From a virus (lineage: Duplodnaviria > Caudoviricetes): a DNA stretch of 64,000 nt. Both the position numbers and the translations under genes were made by a program. The notes beneath the pieces were generated by a model, which saw only the letters and a list, made by a program, of their open reading frames with translations, did not search any database and was not told the DNA's origin. Shown here one piece after another: positions 38,087 through 47,396 of the stretch. The stretch spans positions 1 through 64,000 of IMG/VR virus record IMGVR_UViG_3300037400_001134; one strand, 5' to 3'. The first letter of the stretch is position 1. Each line of letters opens with the position of its first letter.

Positions 38087-38103
38087 TAGAAAGGAGCTAA
38101 TTC

Positions 38104-40650
38104 ATGGGATATTCTAAGAAAACATGGGTCAATAGAGCTTCACAATATCCAAATAGATATAGAATGACTTCCCAAAATGGTAATGTTGCGGATGTTGCTA
38201 TTGTGCCTAATGAAGGAAACATTACTGAGGAAGGTGATAGATTTGATGCTGCCACCATGAATGACATGGAATCACGTATCAATAATGCCTTTAATTCGAC
38301 AGACTCTTCAATGTCAACATTAAATACTACACTTAGAGGACTTATTACTGCTGAACAGACTAGAGCAGTTGGTGAAGAAAATCTTTTAAGGCATGATGTT
38401 GACGAAAACACTACTAATATAGCGGCAGAAACTACTAGGGCTGAAAGTGCAGAGTCAGCATTGGGCACACGTATTACTAATGAAACAACCAGAGCCCAAG
38501 GCATAGAAGCAGGATTAAGACAGGATGTTAATGTACTACAGAATGATATGGATAATGCTGAGTCAGATATTGGCACTCTTACCACTCGTATCGCCACACT
38601 TGAACAGGATATTGAACTTGAAACTGACAGAGCGAAGGATGCTGAAACTGAATTAACTGGCAATATAGCAAGTGAAGTTACAAGAGCTGAGGGTGCTGAA
38701 ACTGTACTACAGACCAACATCACTAATGAAGTCGATAGAGCCACAAGTGCTGAAAACACTTTAGGAACAAGGATTACCAATGAGATTGCCCGAGCAACAG
38801 AAACAGAGGCAGCTATAACAGCTAGTCTAAATGAGGAGTCCTCAAGGGCACAACAGGCTGAAAGTGATTTACATGATTATGTAGACCAGAAGATAGCGAC
38901 CACATATAAGCCTAGTGGAAGTATATATTTCGCTGATTTACCCGCATTAACAGAAAGTAGAGTAGGGAATGTCTATAATATTAAGGATGCATTTACTACT
39001 ACCGCAGACTTTGTTGAGGGGGCAGGCCATAAGTACCCTATTGGAACTAATATAGGAATACAGCGAATTGAAAAAGTCAACTATACAGAAGTTGAGCCTA
39101 CAGGTGAAGAAAACCCAACAGAAGAAGTATGGTATGAATTGGTAAATGACGAATATGTATTAAGTGAAGATACAGAGGTAGATGAAGCCAAGACATATTA
39201 TGTTCGTACAGATTATGTATATTACTATGATGTAATGGCAGGATTCATTGACACTTCACATTTTGTAACAGACACAGATTATGCCACTCTTACTAATGCA
39301 GGAATAGTAAAACCGGATGGAACTACAGTTGTAGTGGATGAAAATGGAGTACTTAGTAGTTTAGGTGGTGGACAAGGAAGTGCAGAAGCAGCCGAAAGAA
39401 TGATTGCACCTATTGAACCTGATGCCAGTGCTAGTACAAGGGCATATACAGTAGGTAAAAGGCTAATACTTAATGAAGTATTGTATAAAGCCAAAACCGC
39501 AATAGCTATTGGAGATGAACTTGTAGTAGGCACTAATATAGAGTTGGCAGACAATGTATCAACTCAATTAGATTTAAAAGCTGATTCAACAAGAGCATTT
39601 CTGATTGATGATACTACAGAAAATACACTTGCTGATGATGATACAGTACCATTTTATGATACAAGTGCATCAAGTAAAAGAAATACCACATGGAGTAATA
39701 TCGTAGCAAAGATAAAGTCAGCACTTGCTACTGTAGCTACGAGTGGTAGTTATAATGACCTTTCAAATAAACCAACTATTCCAACAAAGACATCACAGCT
39801 TACAAATGATAGTGGATTTAAGACAACTGATAATAATACTACGTATAGTTTAGGTTCTGACGGAGAAAATGTAAAGCTTACTCCATCAAGTGGAAATGCA
39901 CAATCTGTAGGACTTAGTACGCTCATAAATGGCCTTTCAACTGGTTCTGACGTCCCAGCAGATAATGATTACTATGTATCTCAATATGCAAATGGTGGAA
40001 CAACAACAACATCTTATCATAGACGTCCTATGGTCAAAATATGGCAATATGTAAAAAGCAAACTTGCCACAGTTGCTACAAGCGGTAGTTATAATGATTT
40101 AACTAATAAGCCATCATCATTTACACCATCATCTCATGCTAGTACCGGAACTGGTTATGGGGCAGGTAATGCAAGTAACTATGGGCATATTAAACTATCA
40201 GATACTTATACATCAAATGTAGGTGCAGCCGCAAACTCCATTGGAGCATCACAAACTGCATTGTATAATGTATATCAAAAGCTCTTAGATATTACTACTG
40301 TAAGATGGAAAGGCACACCTGTTACTCAAAACAATTCAACAACCTTGTTACACTTTAATAGTGATATTACGAGTGTGTGCGGCGTAGCATTTTTACAATA
40401 CGAGTTTTCAACAGCTATACAGTATAATGCTTATAGTAATTATATAGTTGGAACATTACCTAGCGGCTGGTACGTAACTCAATCAGATATTTTCTGTGTT
40501 GGGACAGCTACTATAGATGACCACCCAGAAATTACTACTAGATGTGTAATAAAATCTAATGGAGGTATCCAACTTGAAGTGAGGAATGTTGCAATACCTA
40601 AAAATGCTCGTGTTTGCCTTAGGGTTTGTTACAGACTTAAAAATGATTAA
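38104..40650 (+). CDS. Tail fibre/receptor-binding protein 2
   Basis: ETxRA heptad repeats, AGIVKPDGTT, duplicated KSxLATVATSGSYNDL, C-terminal beta domain. Confidence 0.8.
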   Translation: MGYSKKTWVNRASQYPNRYRMTSQNGNVADVAIVPNEGNITEEGDRFDAATMNDMESRINNAFNSTDSSMSTLNTTLRGLITAEQTRAVGEENLLRHDVDENTTNIAAETTRAESAESALGTRITNETTRAQGIEAGLRQDVNVLQNDMDNAESDIGTLTTRIATLEQDIELETDRAKDAETELTGNIASEVTRAEGAETVLQTNITNEVDRATSAENTLGTRITNEIARATETEAAITASLNEESSRAQQAESDLHDYVDQKIATTYKPSGSIYFADLPALTESRVGNVYNIKDAFTTTADFVEGAGHKYPIGTNIGIQRIEKVNYTEVEPTGEENPTEEVWYELVNDEYVLSEDTEVDEAKTYYVRTDYVYYYDVMAGFIDTSHFVTDTDYATLTNAGIVKPDGTTVVVDENGVLSSLGGGQGSAEAAERMIAPIEPDASASTRAYTVGKRLILNEVLYKAKTAIAIGDELVVGTNIELADNVSTQLDLKADSTRAFLIDDTTENTLADDDTVPFYDTSASSKRNTTWSNIVAKIKSALATVATSGSYNDLSNKPTIPTKTSQLTNDSGFKTTDNNTTYSLGSDGENVKLTPSSGNAQSVGLSTLINGLSTGSDVPADNDYYVSQYANGGTTTTSYHRRPMVKIWQYVKSKLATVATSGSYNDLTNKPSSFTPSSHASTGTGYGAGNASNYGHIKLSDTYTSNVGAAANSIGASQTALYNVYQKLLDITTVRWKGTPVTQNNSTTLLHFNSDITSVCGVAFLQYEFSTAIQYNAYSNYIVGTLPSGWYVTQSDIFCVGTATIDDHPEITTRCVIKSNGGIQLEVRNVAIPKNARVCLRVCYRLKND

Positions 40651-40666
40651 GAAAGGAAAAAACATT

Positions 40667-41113
40667 ATGAAAACAATAGCATTTAATGAAACAGAATATA
40701 AACTTGTCTATACAGTATTTGAAGGAGCCTCAAAGTTACGTATAGTAATATTAAAGGAAGAAAATGATATACCTTCAGTTTCCACTGATGTAGATGGTTG
40801 TGATAAAATCACCATTAAAGAAAATGACGATATAGTTGCTCAGTATACTGGCTTCTCTTCTTTAGAAGGCATTCAGATTTTTTCAGACTATCCAGTATAT
40901 GACAGAACAGATAAAGTAATCTGCATTGATACTGTTAATGCAGATGTACAAGCTCAAATAGCTACCCTTACTTCACAAGTACAATCACAGGAAGAAGCTA
41001 TAGCTGAATTAGGTGATACAGTTAATACAGTATCAGAAACTAATGATACACAAGACCAAGCTATTATTGATTTGTCAGATGCAGTATCAGCTTTAACACC
41101 AGAGGAGGGATAA
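40667..41113 (+). CDS. Hypothetical tail-module protein
   Basis: ATG 40667 after GAAAGGA; C-terminal coiled coil. Confidence 0.65.
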   Translation: MKTIAFNETEYKLVYTVFEGASKLRIVILKEENDIPSVSTDVDGCDKITIKENDDIVAQYTGFSSLEGIQIFSDYPVYDRTDKVICIDTVNADVQAQIATLTSQVQSQEEAIAELGDTVNTVSETNDTQDQAIIDLSDAVSALTPEEG

Positions 41114-41116
41114 AAG

Positions 41117-41260
41117 ATGGGTGAATTTTATGGTAAAAAGATTTTAAGAGGTGAAATTAACAGAAAAACAGGTGAAGCATGGACTATTGATGATGTACCT
41201 AGACTTTGGAAAACTAGAACTATTAAGTGGTTAGAAGAACATACTTCAACTGAAAATTAA
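41117..41260 (+). CDS. Small basic protein (47 aa) typical of tail-module ends, absent from the track
   Basis: GGAGGG Shine-Dalgarno; MGEFYGKKIL...WTIDDVPRLWK. Confidence 0.7.
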   Translation: MGEFYGKKILRGEINRKTGEAWTIDDVPRLWKTRTIKWLEEHTSTEN

Positions 41261-41448
41261 CAGATGGAAGCCCTTAGTTATCTTAGGATAGACTTATGAA
41301 AGCTCGCTATTCCTACGGGAATGAATGAGAAAGGCAAAGTATATTATAATTTAGATTGTTTTTAATTGCCTATATGTTACAATATTCATATATGAGGGAA
41401 ACTTACTATTAGTGGGGGAGGAAAAATTGTATATGAAGGGGTCATATT

Positions 41449-42036
41449 ATGAACGAAACAACAAAAACAATCTTAACAATCTTAGGTAGTGGAGCATTTC
41501 TCACATTTTTACAATTTCTTATTACACGGTTTGATAATAAAAATAACAAGTTTAAGGAATTAGAGAAACGAATTGATGATGGTCTTGAAGAGAGGGAAAA
41601 GACTGGCAAAAATCGTTATGATGAACATAAGATAGCCATAGAGAAGATGACAGTTGAGCATCAGAAAGACTTTCAGGCATTACAGGATGCTATACAAAGA
41701 CTAGCACAGAATGATTCTAAATTAACTGAAAGTATTCAGCAGATTGCAGAGAAACAAGATATAATGGCTGATGCTAATGTTGGGATGATTCATAATACGT
41801 TGATTCGATTCTCCGACCCAATAATTGAACGGGGAGCAGTTACTTATGATGAGTTATCCACACTGGACAGTCTATATGTGCCTTATTCAAAACTAGGTGG
41901 TAATGGTGCTTGCAAAAGACGTTATGAAGATATAAATAAGTTGGAGAAAGTTTCAGATGAGAAAGCGATTATGCTTGACAGAGACCTCACAAAGCGAAAA
42001 CGCCAAGAGGAAGAAGAATATTTCAGGACTGGATAA
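41449..42036 (+). CDS. Holin-associated membrane/coiled-coil protein
   Basis: N-terminal TM ILGSGAFLTFLQFLI; LYVPYSKLGGNG. Confidence 0.7.
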   Translation: MNETTKTILTILGSGAFLTFLQFLITRFDNKNNKFKELEKRIDDGLEEREKTGKNRYDEHKIAIEKMTVEHQKDFQALQDAIQRLAQNDSKLTESIQQIAEKQDIMADANVGMIHNTLIRFSDPIIERGAVTYDELSTLDSLYVPYSKLGGNGACKRRYEDINKLEKVSDEKAIMLDRDLTKRKRQEEEEYFRTG

Positions 42037-42223
42037 ATATATCATCTTTTCCTTTTCTATATTGATTTTGTATTCTATTGCAGAATTTATATTTTCCACC
42101 TTAACTACAATAGCACACGATACATTAACAACGGCGGTGTATGGTGCATTTGGTGGAGAATTGTTATTATGTGCAATCATTAAAAAATATAAATTAAGAA
42201 AAGAGGATAATATAAATGGATGA
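41957..42223 (+). CDS. Two-TM membrane protein in the lysis module
   Basis: YIIFSFSILILYSIAEFIF; AFGGELLLCAIIK. Confidence 0.6.
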   Translation: MRKRLCLTETSQSENAKRKKNISGLDKYIIFSFSILILYSIAEFIFSTLTTIAHDTLTTAVYGAFGGELLLCAIIKKYKLRKEDNING

Positions 42224-42533
42224 GTTTGTGTTTGCAATTTTAGAAGGACTTGTTGGTGTATGTATAATATATATAATGCGATATGTTATTCCATTTCTCC
42301 GCATTAAATTACAGAGTGTAATTGATGTTGTTACATGGGATGCAATCGTAAAGGAAGTAAAGTCTGTAGAGCAGACAATGAAAGGTAAAGGTCTTGGTGT
42401 AGCAAAGAAAGAGGAAGTTCTTGTAAGAATAACAGCTTGGGCTAATAAACATGGTATAGCTATTACACAGGAACAGATTTCACAGCTTATTGAAACCGCT
42501 GTGTTTGTTATGAATAATGAGGATAAGAAATGA
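42216..42533 (+). CDS. Holin (LL-H-like)
   Basis: N-terminal TM, VKSVEQ..G.G..KKEEV, LIETAV; directly before the endolysin. Confidence 0.8.
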   Translation: MDEFVFAILEGLVGVCIIYIMRYVIPFLRIKLQSVIDVVTWDAIVKEVKSVEQTMKGKGLGVAKKEEVLVRITAWANKHGIAITQEQISQLIETAVFVMNNEDKK

Positions 42534-43234
42534 ATACTCCAGATAAAGTAATTAAGATAGCAACCAATGAAGTTGGTTATCTTGAAAAGTCTAAAATCTC
42601 TTATCAGAAAAATCCCGAAATAATATATGAAAAGACTGCAGGTGCAGGTCAAGACAATTACACTAAATACGGAAAAGATATGCATGATATTTACCCGAGT
42701 GTAATGGACTTTCCGGCTGCTTGGTGTGATGCTTTTGTTGATTGGTGCTTCTACAAAGCATATGGAGTAACAACTGCGAAGTCTTTGCTTCATGGTAATT
42801 TTGATGATTATACAGTATCTTCATGCGATATGTACCGCAGACATAATGCTTTATATAGTACACCTGAAATTGGTGACCAGGTCTTTTTTACAAAGACAGG
42901 AACTTATAAGGGGTGTTATCACACAGGTCTTGTCTATAAAGTAGATTCAAACTATTTTTACACAATAGAAGGCAATACTTCTAATGCTGATAAAGTAGTA
43001 GCCAATGGTGGGGGTGTAGCTAAAAAGAAGTATTCTATATCGTATTATAAGAATAAAGCTCTATTTGGTCGCCCTAAATATGATGTGGCACAAAAATCTT
43101 TAGATGAAATAGCGCAAGAAGTAAAAGCAGGAAAATGGGGTAATAACCCTGAGAGAGCTAACAGACTTAGAGTTGCAGGATATAACCCATCTATTGTACA
43201 AGCAAAAGTGAATGAACTGCTAAAGAAAGGTTAA
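42530..43234 (+). CDS. Endolysin (CHAP domain with a Cpl-7 cell-wall-binding repeat)
   Basis: AWCDAFVDW, HTGLV, TIEGNTS; LDEIAQEVKAGKWGNNPERANRLRVAGYN. Confidence 0.92.
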   Translation: MNTPDKVIKIATNEVGYLEKSKISYQKNPEIIYEKTAGAGQDNYTKYGKDMHDIYPSVMDFPAAWCDAFVDWCFYKAYGVTTAKSLLHGNFDDYTVSSCDMYRRHNALYSTPEIGDQVFFTKTGTYKGCYHTGLVYKVDSNYFYTIEGNTSNADKVVANGGGVAKKKYSISYYKNKALFGRPKYDVAQKSLDEIAQEVKAGKWGNNPERANRLRVAGYNPSIVQAKVNELLKKG

Positions 43235-43242
43235 TTGACATA

Positions 43243-43518
43243 ATGGAAGATAAACGAGACGTACTATCATACTTTGCAGTGGAAGGTATAATGACACATT
43301 TTACATTTGTCATAAGAAGGCTAATTGTTACAATTATTGTAATATTAGTTTTATGGGCAGCTACGATAGCCGGGTTTATCTGGTATCTGAGTTTACCAGT
43401 TGAGGTAACTTCTGATATATCAGTAGAGAATCAGGACGGAAATGCAAATTACATTGGAAATGATATGAATGGAGACTTTAACTATGGCGAAAGTGCGAAA
43501 AACAACCAGAATCCGTAG
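43243..43518 (+). CDS. Single-TM membrane protein
   Basis: RRLIVTIIVILVLWAATIAGFIWYL. Confidence 0.7.
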   Translation: MEDKRDVLSYFAVEGIMTHFTFVIRRLIVTIIVILVLWAATIAGFIWYLSLPVEVTSDISVENQDGNANYIGNDMNGDFNYGESAKNNQNP

Positions 43519-43561
43519 AGCAGTAAGAAGTAGAAACTCAGGCAAAAGGCGTAAAAGATGA
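43484..43561 (+). CDS. 25-aa Arg/Lys-rich (protamine-like) peptide, absent from the track
   Basis: GGAGA Shine-Dalgarno; MAKVRKTTRIRRAVRSRNSGKRRKR; stop overlaps the next ATG (ATGA). Confidence 0.55.
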   Translation: MAKVRKTTRIRRAVRSRNSGKRRKR

Positions 43562-43770
43562 AACTAGATGATATGGATAATTATGAGATTGCAGAAGCCA
43601 TAGATAGATATGTTCGTGGTGAAAGAGCTAGAGCCATACTAAAGCGCAGATTACTTGATGAGATATGCTATGAACCTCTTGCTGAGGAATTTGAAATATC
43701 TGTTTCTCAGCTTAAAAGGATATTGAGCAAAGCTCAGGAACAATTATTCAAACACTTAGAAAGGAGGTAA
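43558..43770 (+). CDS. Sigma-70 region-4-like HTH protein
   Basis: RAILKRRLLDEICYEPLAEEFEISVSQLKRIL. Confidence 0.7.
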   Translation: MKLDDMDNYEIAEAIDRYVRGERARAILKRRLLDEICYEPLAEEFEISVSQLKRILSKAQEQLFKHLERR

Positions 43771-43775
43771 CTAAG

Positions 43776-44015
43776 ATGACACTATTGGCATTTATGTCAG
43801 CACTAAAGACGGAGGGTGTAAAAGTAACTCTGATAGATAGTGACGGTAAAGAGATAATTAAATTCTATTCAAATGGATATGCTGGAGTAGAGTCTGAGAT
43901 TTTAGCATTGACAGTTAAGAAGTTTGAACTGCCAGCTAATAACACTCTCAATATAACTCTTAATGATGCACCATCTGGTTCAGGTACATCATCTTCAACA
44001 CCATATAATCCATGA
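43776..44015 (+). CDS. Hypothetical protein
   Basis: GGAGG Shine-Dalgarno. Confidence 0.65.
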   Translation: MTLLAFMSALKTEGVKVTLIDSDGKEIIKFYSNGYAGVESEILALTVKKFELPANNTLNITLNDAPSGSGTSSSTPYNP

Positions 44016-44061
44016 TTTATTTCTGAACTAAATATTGATTCTAAATGAGCTTAATATGACA

Positions 44062-44113
44062 CTTCCTATTGAATAGTCTATATTATCACATTATAATGAT
44101 AGTATAGACTATT
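44062..44113 (+). promoter_or_regulatory. Promoter overlapped by a 17-bp hairpin/terminator
   Basis: CTTCCTA-TTGAAT-17 nt-TATAAT; AATAGTCTATATTATCA/TGATAGTATAGACTATT. Confidence 0.7.
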
Positions 44114-44132
44114 TTTTAAGGAGGTTATTTAT

Positions 44133-44717
44133 ATGTATTATGTGTATATGCACAAGGCGCCAAATGGAAAGATTTATGTAGGTCAGTCAAGACATCCAGT
44201 ATCAAGATGGGGTGATGGAGGCGGGTATTATCAAAACGAAGAATTTACAAGAGATATAGAAATTTATGGATGGAACGCCATCGAACATTATATATTGAAA
44301 GCCTGTCAGACTTTAGAAGAGGCACTACTTTATGAGGCGTTGTTTATTGTACACTTCGATAGTGAAGAAAACGGTTATAACTTCACACAATATAAGAAAA
44401 ATGTTATAGAGGGTGATAGCAATAGAAAGCCTATTAGTGATTATCAGTCGATTCTAAATTCAAATTATTCTGATTTAGAGCTTGACCTTGAAGATTCCCA
44501 GTCAAAAAATATCTTTGTAAAGAACGGCATACCTATATCAGAGGCGAAACACTTAATAAATGAATGGATATATAGTGATAGAGACCGCAATATCTTGATA
44601 GACAGATTTTTAAATGGCATAGACCTTGCTGAGTTGGCGAATAAATATGAGATGTCTTTATCTCAGATTAAGCGAGTGATTGCGTCTGGTCAAAGTGATT
44701 TAGAGAAACATATTTGA
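44133..44717 (+). CDS. GIY-YIG domain fused to a sigma region-4-like HTH
   Basis: YYVYMHKAPNGKIYVGQS, GYNFT; C-terminal DRDRNILIDRFLNG..LAELANKYEMSLSQIKRVI. Confidence 0.75.
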   Translation: MYYVYMHKAPNGKIYVGQSRHPVSRWGDGGGYYQNEEFTRDIEIYGWNAIEHYILKACQTLEEALLYEALFIVHFDSEENGYNFTQYKKNVIEGDSNRKPISDYQSILNSNYSDLELDLEDSQSKNIFVKNGIPISEAKHLINEWIYSDRDRNILIDRFLNGIDLAELANKYEMSLSQIKRVIASGQSDLEKHI

Positions 44718-44759
44718 ACCTAATGTGATATAAAAGTTAATTAAATAAAGTCTAAAATA

Positions 44760-44796
44760 GAGACTCTAACGGACTCGTTAGAGTCTCTTTCTTTTT
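44760..44796 (+). terminator. Intrinsic terminator
   Basis: GAGACTCTAACG-GACT-CGTTAGAGTCTC-TTTCTTTTT. Confidence 0.85.
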
Positions 44797-44809
44797 CTAT
44801 CATTTAAGT

Positions 44810-45187
44810 ATGTACAAATACTTCAATCCAAACCCAGATAAAAAGAATATTGGAGACTGTGTTATAAGGGCAGTATGTGTGGCAACAGATTGTGATTGGG
44901 AAACAGCTTATACAAAAGTTGTTGCAAGAGGTTTTGTGATGCACGATATGCCATCTTCTGATGATGTGTGGGGGACACAGCTATATTATGAGGGGTTCAT
45001 TAGAGAGATTATACCTAATACTTGCCCTTATTGTTACACAGTAAAAGATTTCTGTAAAGAACATCCCGAGGGAGTTTATGTTCTAGGTACCGGTACTCAT
45101 GCAGTATGTGTAAAAGATGGAGATTACTATGATGCGTGGGATAGCGGAGATAAAGTACCACTATTTTATTGGCGAAAGGAGAGATAG
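44810..45187 (+). CDS. Papain/C39-like cysteine peptidase-fold protein
   Basis: GDCVIRA (Cys), GTHAVCV (His), DAWDS (Asp). Confidence 0.6.
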   Translation: MYKYFNPNPDKKNIGDCVIRAVCVATDCDWETAYTKVVARGFVMHDMPSSDDVWGTQLYYEGFIREIIPNTCPYCYTVKDFCKEHPEGVYVLGTGTHAVCVKDGDYYDAWDSGDKVPLFYWRKER

Positions 45188-45189
45188 AT

Positions 45190-45672
45190 ATGCCATACTT
45201 TAATAACAATCCATATCAGCAGAGTTACAACACTTCTTATGGTCAGGGTATGGGACAGCAAAGCTATAATCAAGGCAATAGCTATGGTCAGCAGTCTTAT
45301 AACCCACCTCAGATGCAGATGGCTCAGCCATCACAGTCATCAACAATCAATTGGGTTCAAGGTGATGTAGGTGCGAGAGCTTATCCTATTCAGCCTGGAA
45401 TGTCTGTGTTATTGATGGACTCAGAGGGGCAGAACTTCTACATTAAGTCAGCAGATACAATGGGTATGCCTAATTTAAAGAAGTACGCATATTCAGAAGT
45501 TGTAGAAGAACCTATGAGACTAGAATCTCACGAGGCTAAACAGATTGACACAGCATTTAGTGCCACAAGAGAAGAAGTAAAACAGTTACATGAGGAAATC
45601 AGAAGTCTTAAAGAACAGATAGCAAGAATGGAAAGCGAGTCAAAACCAAGTGGAGGCAGAAAGAATGGCTAA
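45190..45672 (+). CDS. Q/Y/G-rich N-terminus plus small domain and coiled coil, hypothetical
   Basis: YQQSYN repeats; WVQG, LMDSE, FYIKSAD. Confidence 0.75.
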   Translation: MPYFNNNPYQQSYNTSYGQGMGQQSYNQGNSYGQQSYNPPQMQMAQPSQSSTINWVQGDVGARAYPIQPGMSVLLMDSEGQNFYIKSADTMGMPNLKKYAYSEVVEEPMRLESHEAKQIDTAFSATREEVKQLHEEIRSLKEQIARMESESKPSGGRKNG

Positions 45673-45928
45673 TTCAGTATTCCAACAACTGAATGGAAAC
45701 TTGCAACCTACTCAACAAAACTTGCAATCAGATGATATGCAGGCACAATTTGCAAGATTTAAACAAAACCCATTGCAATTCCTGTCACAGAGAAATCTTA
45801 ATATCCCGACTGAATATCAGAATGACCCTCGTTCGGCAGTCAATTACTTAATACAGAATGGTCAGATGAATGGCAGGGCTATGCAAAGATTGATGGGAAC
45901 TTTACAGAGAATGGGATTTAAATTCTAA
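45665..45928 (+). CDS. Q/N/M-rich hypothetical protein
   Basis: GGAGG Shine-Dalgarno; NPLQFL...DPRSAVNYL. Confidence 0.7.
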   Translation: MANSVFQQLNGNLQPTQQNLQSDDMQAQFARFKQNPLQFLSQRNLNIPTEYQNDPRSAVNYLIQNGQMNGRAMQRLMGTLQRMGFKF

Positions 45929-45980
45929 GGTTTCAATCCTTGCAAGGGAAACAATACAAATATTTAGAAAGGAGAATACT

Positions 45981-46913
45981 ATGGATAGCAGTACAAATAT
46001 GTATATGCCAGTAGCTCCAGCCTATGGCTACGGAAACAACGGTTTCGGTGGCAGTTGGGGAGGTGATGGATGGTGGATTATACTATTCCTCTTCGCTCTC
46101 ATGGGCAATAGCTTTGGCGGATGGGGAGGATTTGGTAATGGATTTGGAGGCTATGGAAACATGGCACTAAGTTACGACTTCCCATGGTTAATGAACGGTC
46201 AGCAGGGCATCAATAGTAATGTCAATGATGGTTTTAGAGATGCACAGTTAGCTTCTCAGCTTTCAGGCATTCAGAGTGCTGTAACAAGTGGATTTGGTGA
46301 TACTGCTCTTGGTATTGCTGGTATCAATCAGAACATCTGTCAGACAGGTAATGGCATAACTGCAGCCGTAACAAATGGTTTTGCTAATGCAGAAGTAGCT
46401 AATAATGCTAGACAGATTGCTAATATGCAACAGGCATTCAATGCTCAGACCTCAGTTACTAATGGACTGAATACAGTAGGTATGTCTTTACAGAATTGTT
46501 GCTGTGAGAACAGGCAGAATATAGCAGACCTTAAGTACACCGTAGCAACTGAAAATTGTGCAGATAGAGCCGCTTCTTATCAGAATACAAGAGATATTAT
46601 TGATTCTCAGACAAGGGGCACACAGGCAGTATTGGATAAACTCTGTCAGCTTGAACTTGATAATGTTAAAGCACAGGTTGAAGCGAAGAATGACCAGATT
46701 AGAGGATTACAGAGCCAGCTCAACATGGCAGCTCTTAGAGAAAGTCAGAATGCCCAGAACGCATTTATTCAGCAGGGCTTCTCAGATGAGGTAGACCAGC
46801 TCTACAACAGACTCAACAACTGTCCTGTTCCTTCAACTCCTGTATATGGCAGAACCCCTATCTTCACTTGCAATCAGAATATGGGATGTGGTTGTGGATG
46901 CGGTGTAGCATAA
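45981..46913 (+). CDS. Gly-rich TM, long coiled-coil protein with NCCC and GCGCGC motifs
   Basis: GGDGWWIILFLFALMG, QNCCCENR, C-terminal MGCGCGCGVA. Confidence 0.85.
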   Translation: MDSSTNMYMPVAPAYGYGNNGFGGSWGGDGWWIILFLFALMGNSFGGWGGFGNGFGGYGNMALSYDFPWLMNGQQGINSNVNDGFRDAQLASQLSGIQSAVTSGFGDTALGIAGINQNICQTGNGITAAVTNGFANAEVANNARQIANMQQAFNAQTSVTNGLNTVGMSLQNCCCENRQNIADLKYTVATENCADRAASYQNTRDIIDSQTRGTQAVLDKLCQLELDNVKAQVEAKNDQIRGLQSQLNMAALRESQNAQNAFIQQGFSDEVDQLYNRLNNCPVPSTPVYGRTPIFTCNQNMGCGCGCGVA

Positions 46914-46927
46914 AGTGAGGTGATACT

Positions 46928-47383
46928 ATGGCAGAGTTTACAAATAATCCTGTACAGTTGGTTAATCCTAATCAGCCTGTTATTTTAAATACCTCTATCA
47001 GATGCCCTAAAGGATATGTTCTGCATAGAAATGAATCTGGAATAGTAACTCTTCGTGGTATCGTTAATAATAATCTTGGATGTTTTGCCCGTTATCAGGT
47101 TACCTTCAATGGAAACATTGCAGTACCTGAGGGCGGAACACCTGGACCTATTGCGATAGCACTTACTCTTGGTGGAGAACCTATTCTCACATCAAGAGCA
47201 ATAGTTACACCTGCAGCCGCTGATGAATACTTTAATGTAACCTCTACTGCAATTATTACAGTTCCTAGAGGATGTTGTTTCAATGTCTCTGTAGACAATA
47301 TTTCAGAGCCAACTTCACCTACGGCAGTAGCTCCACAGATAAATGTTCAAAATGCAAACCTTGTAGTTAGCCGCATAGCATGA
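46928..47383 (+). CDS. Beta-sandwich protein (BclA C-terminal/C1q-like)
   Basis: YQVTFNGNI, FNVTSTAIITVPRGCCFNVSV, ANLVVSRIA. Confidence 0.55.
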   Translation: MAEFTNNPVQLVNPNQPVILNTSIRCPKGYVLHRNESGIVTLRGIVNNNLGCFARYQVTFNGNIAVPEGGTPGPIAIALTLGGEPILTSRAIVTPAAADEYFNVTSTAIITVPRGCCFNVSVDNISEPTSPTAVAPQINVQNANLVVSRIA

Positions 47384-47396
47384 AAGGAGATAGCTT

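Noticed and set aside
37022-40650. Diversity-generating retroelement acting on the fibres
   Set aside because: No reverse transcriptase and no adenine-variant template/variable repeat pair seen in the window
41270-41335. Canonical hammerhead ribozyme
   Set aside because: Core reads CUUAUGA rather than CUGANGA, and the stem I and III registers do not fit
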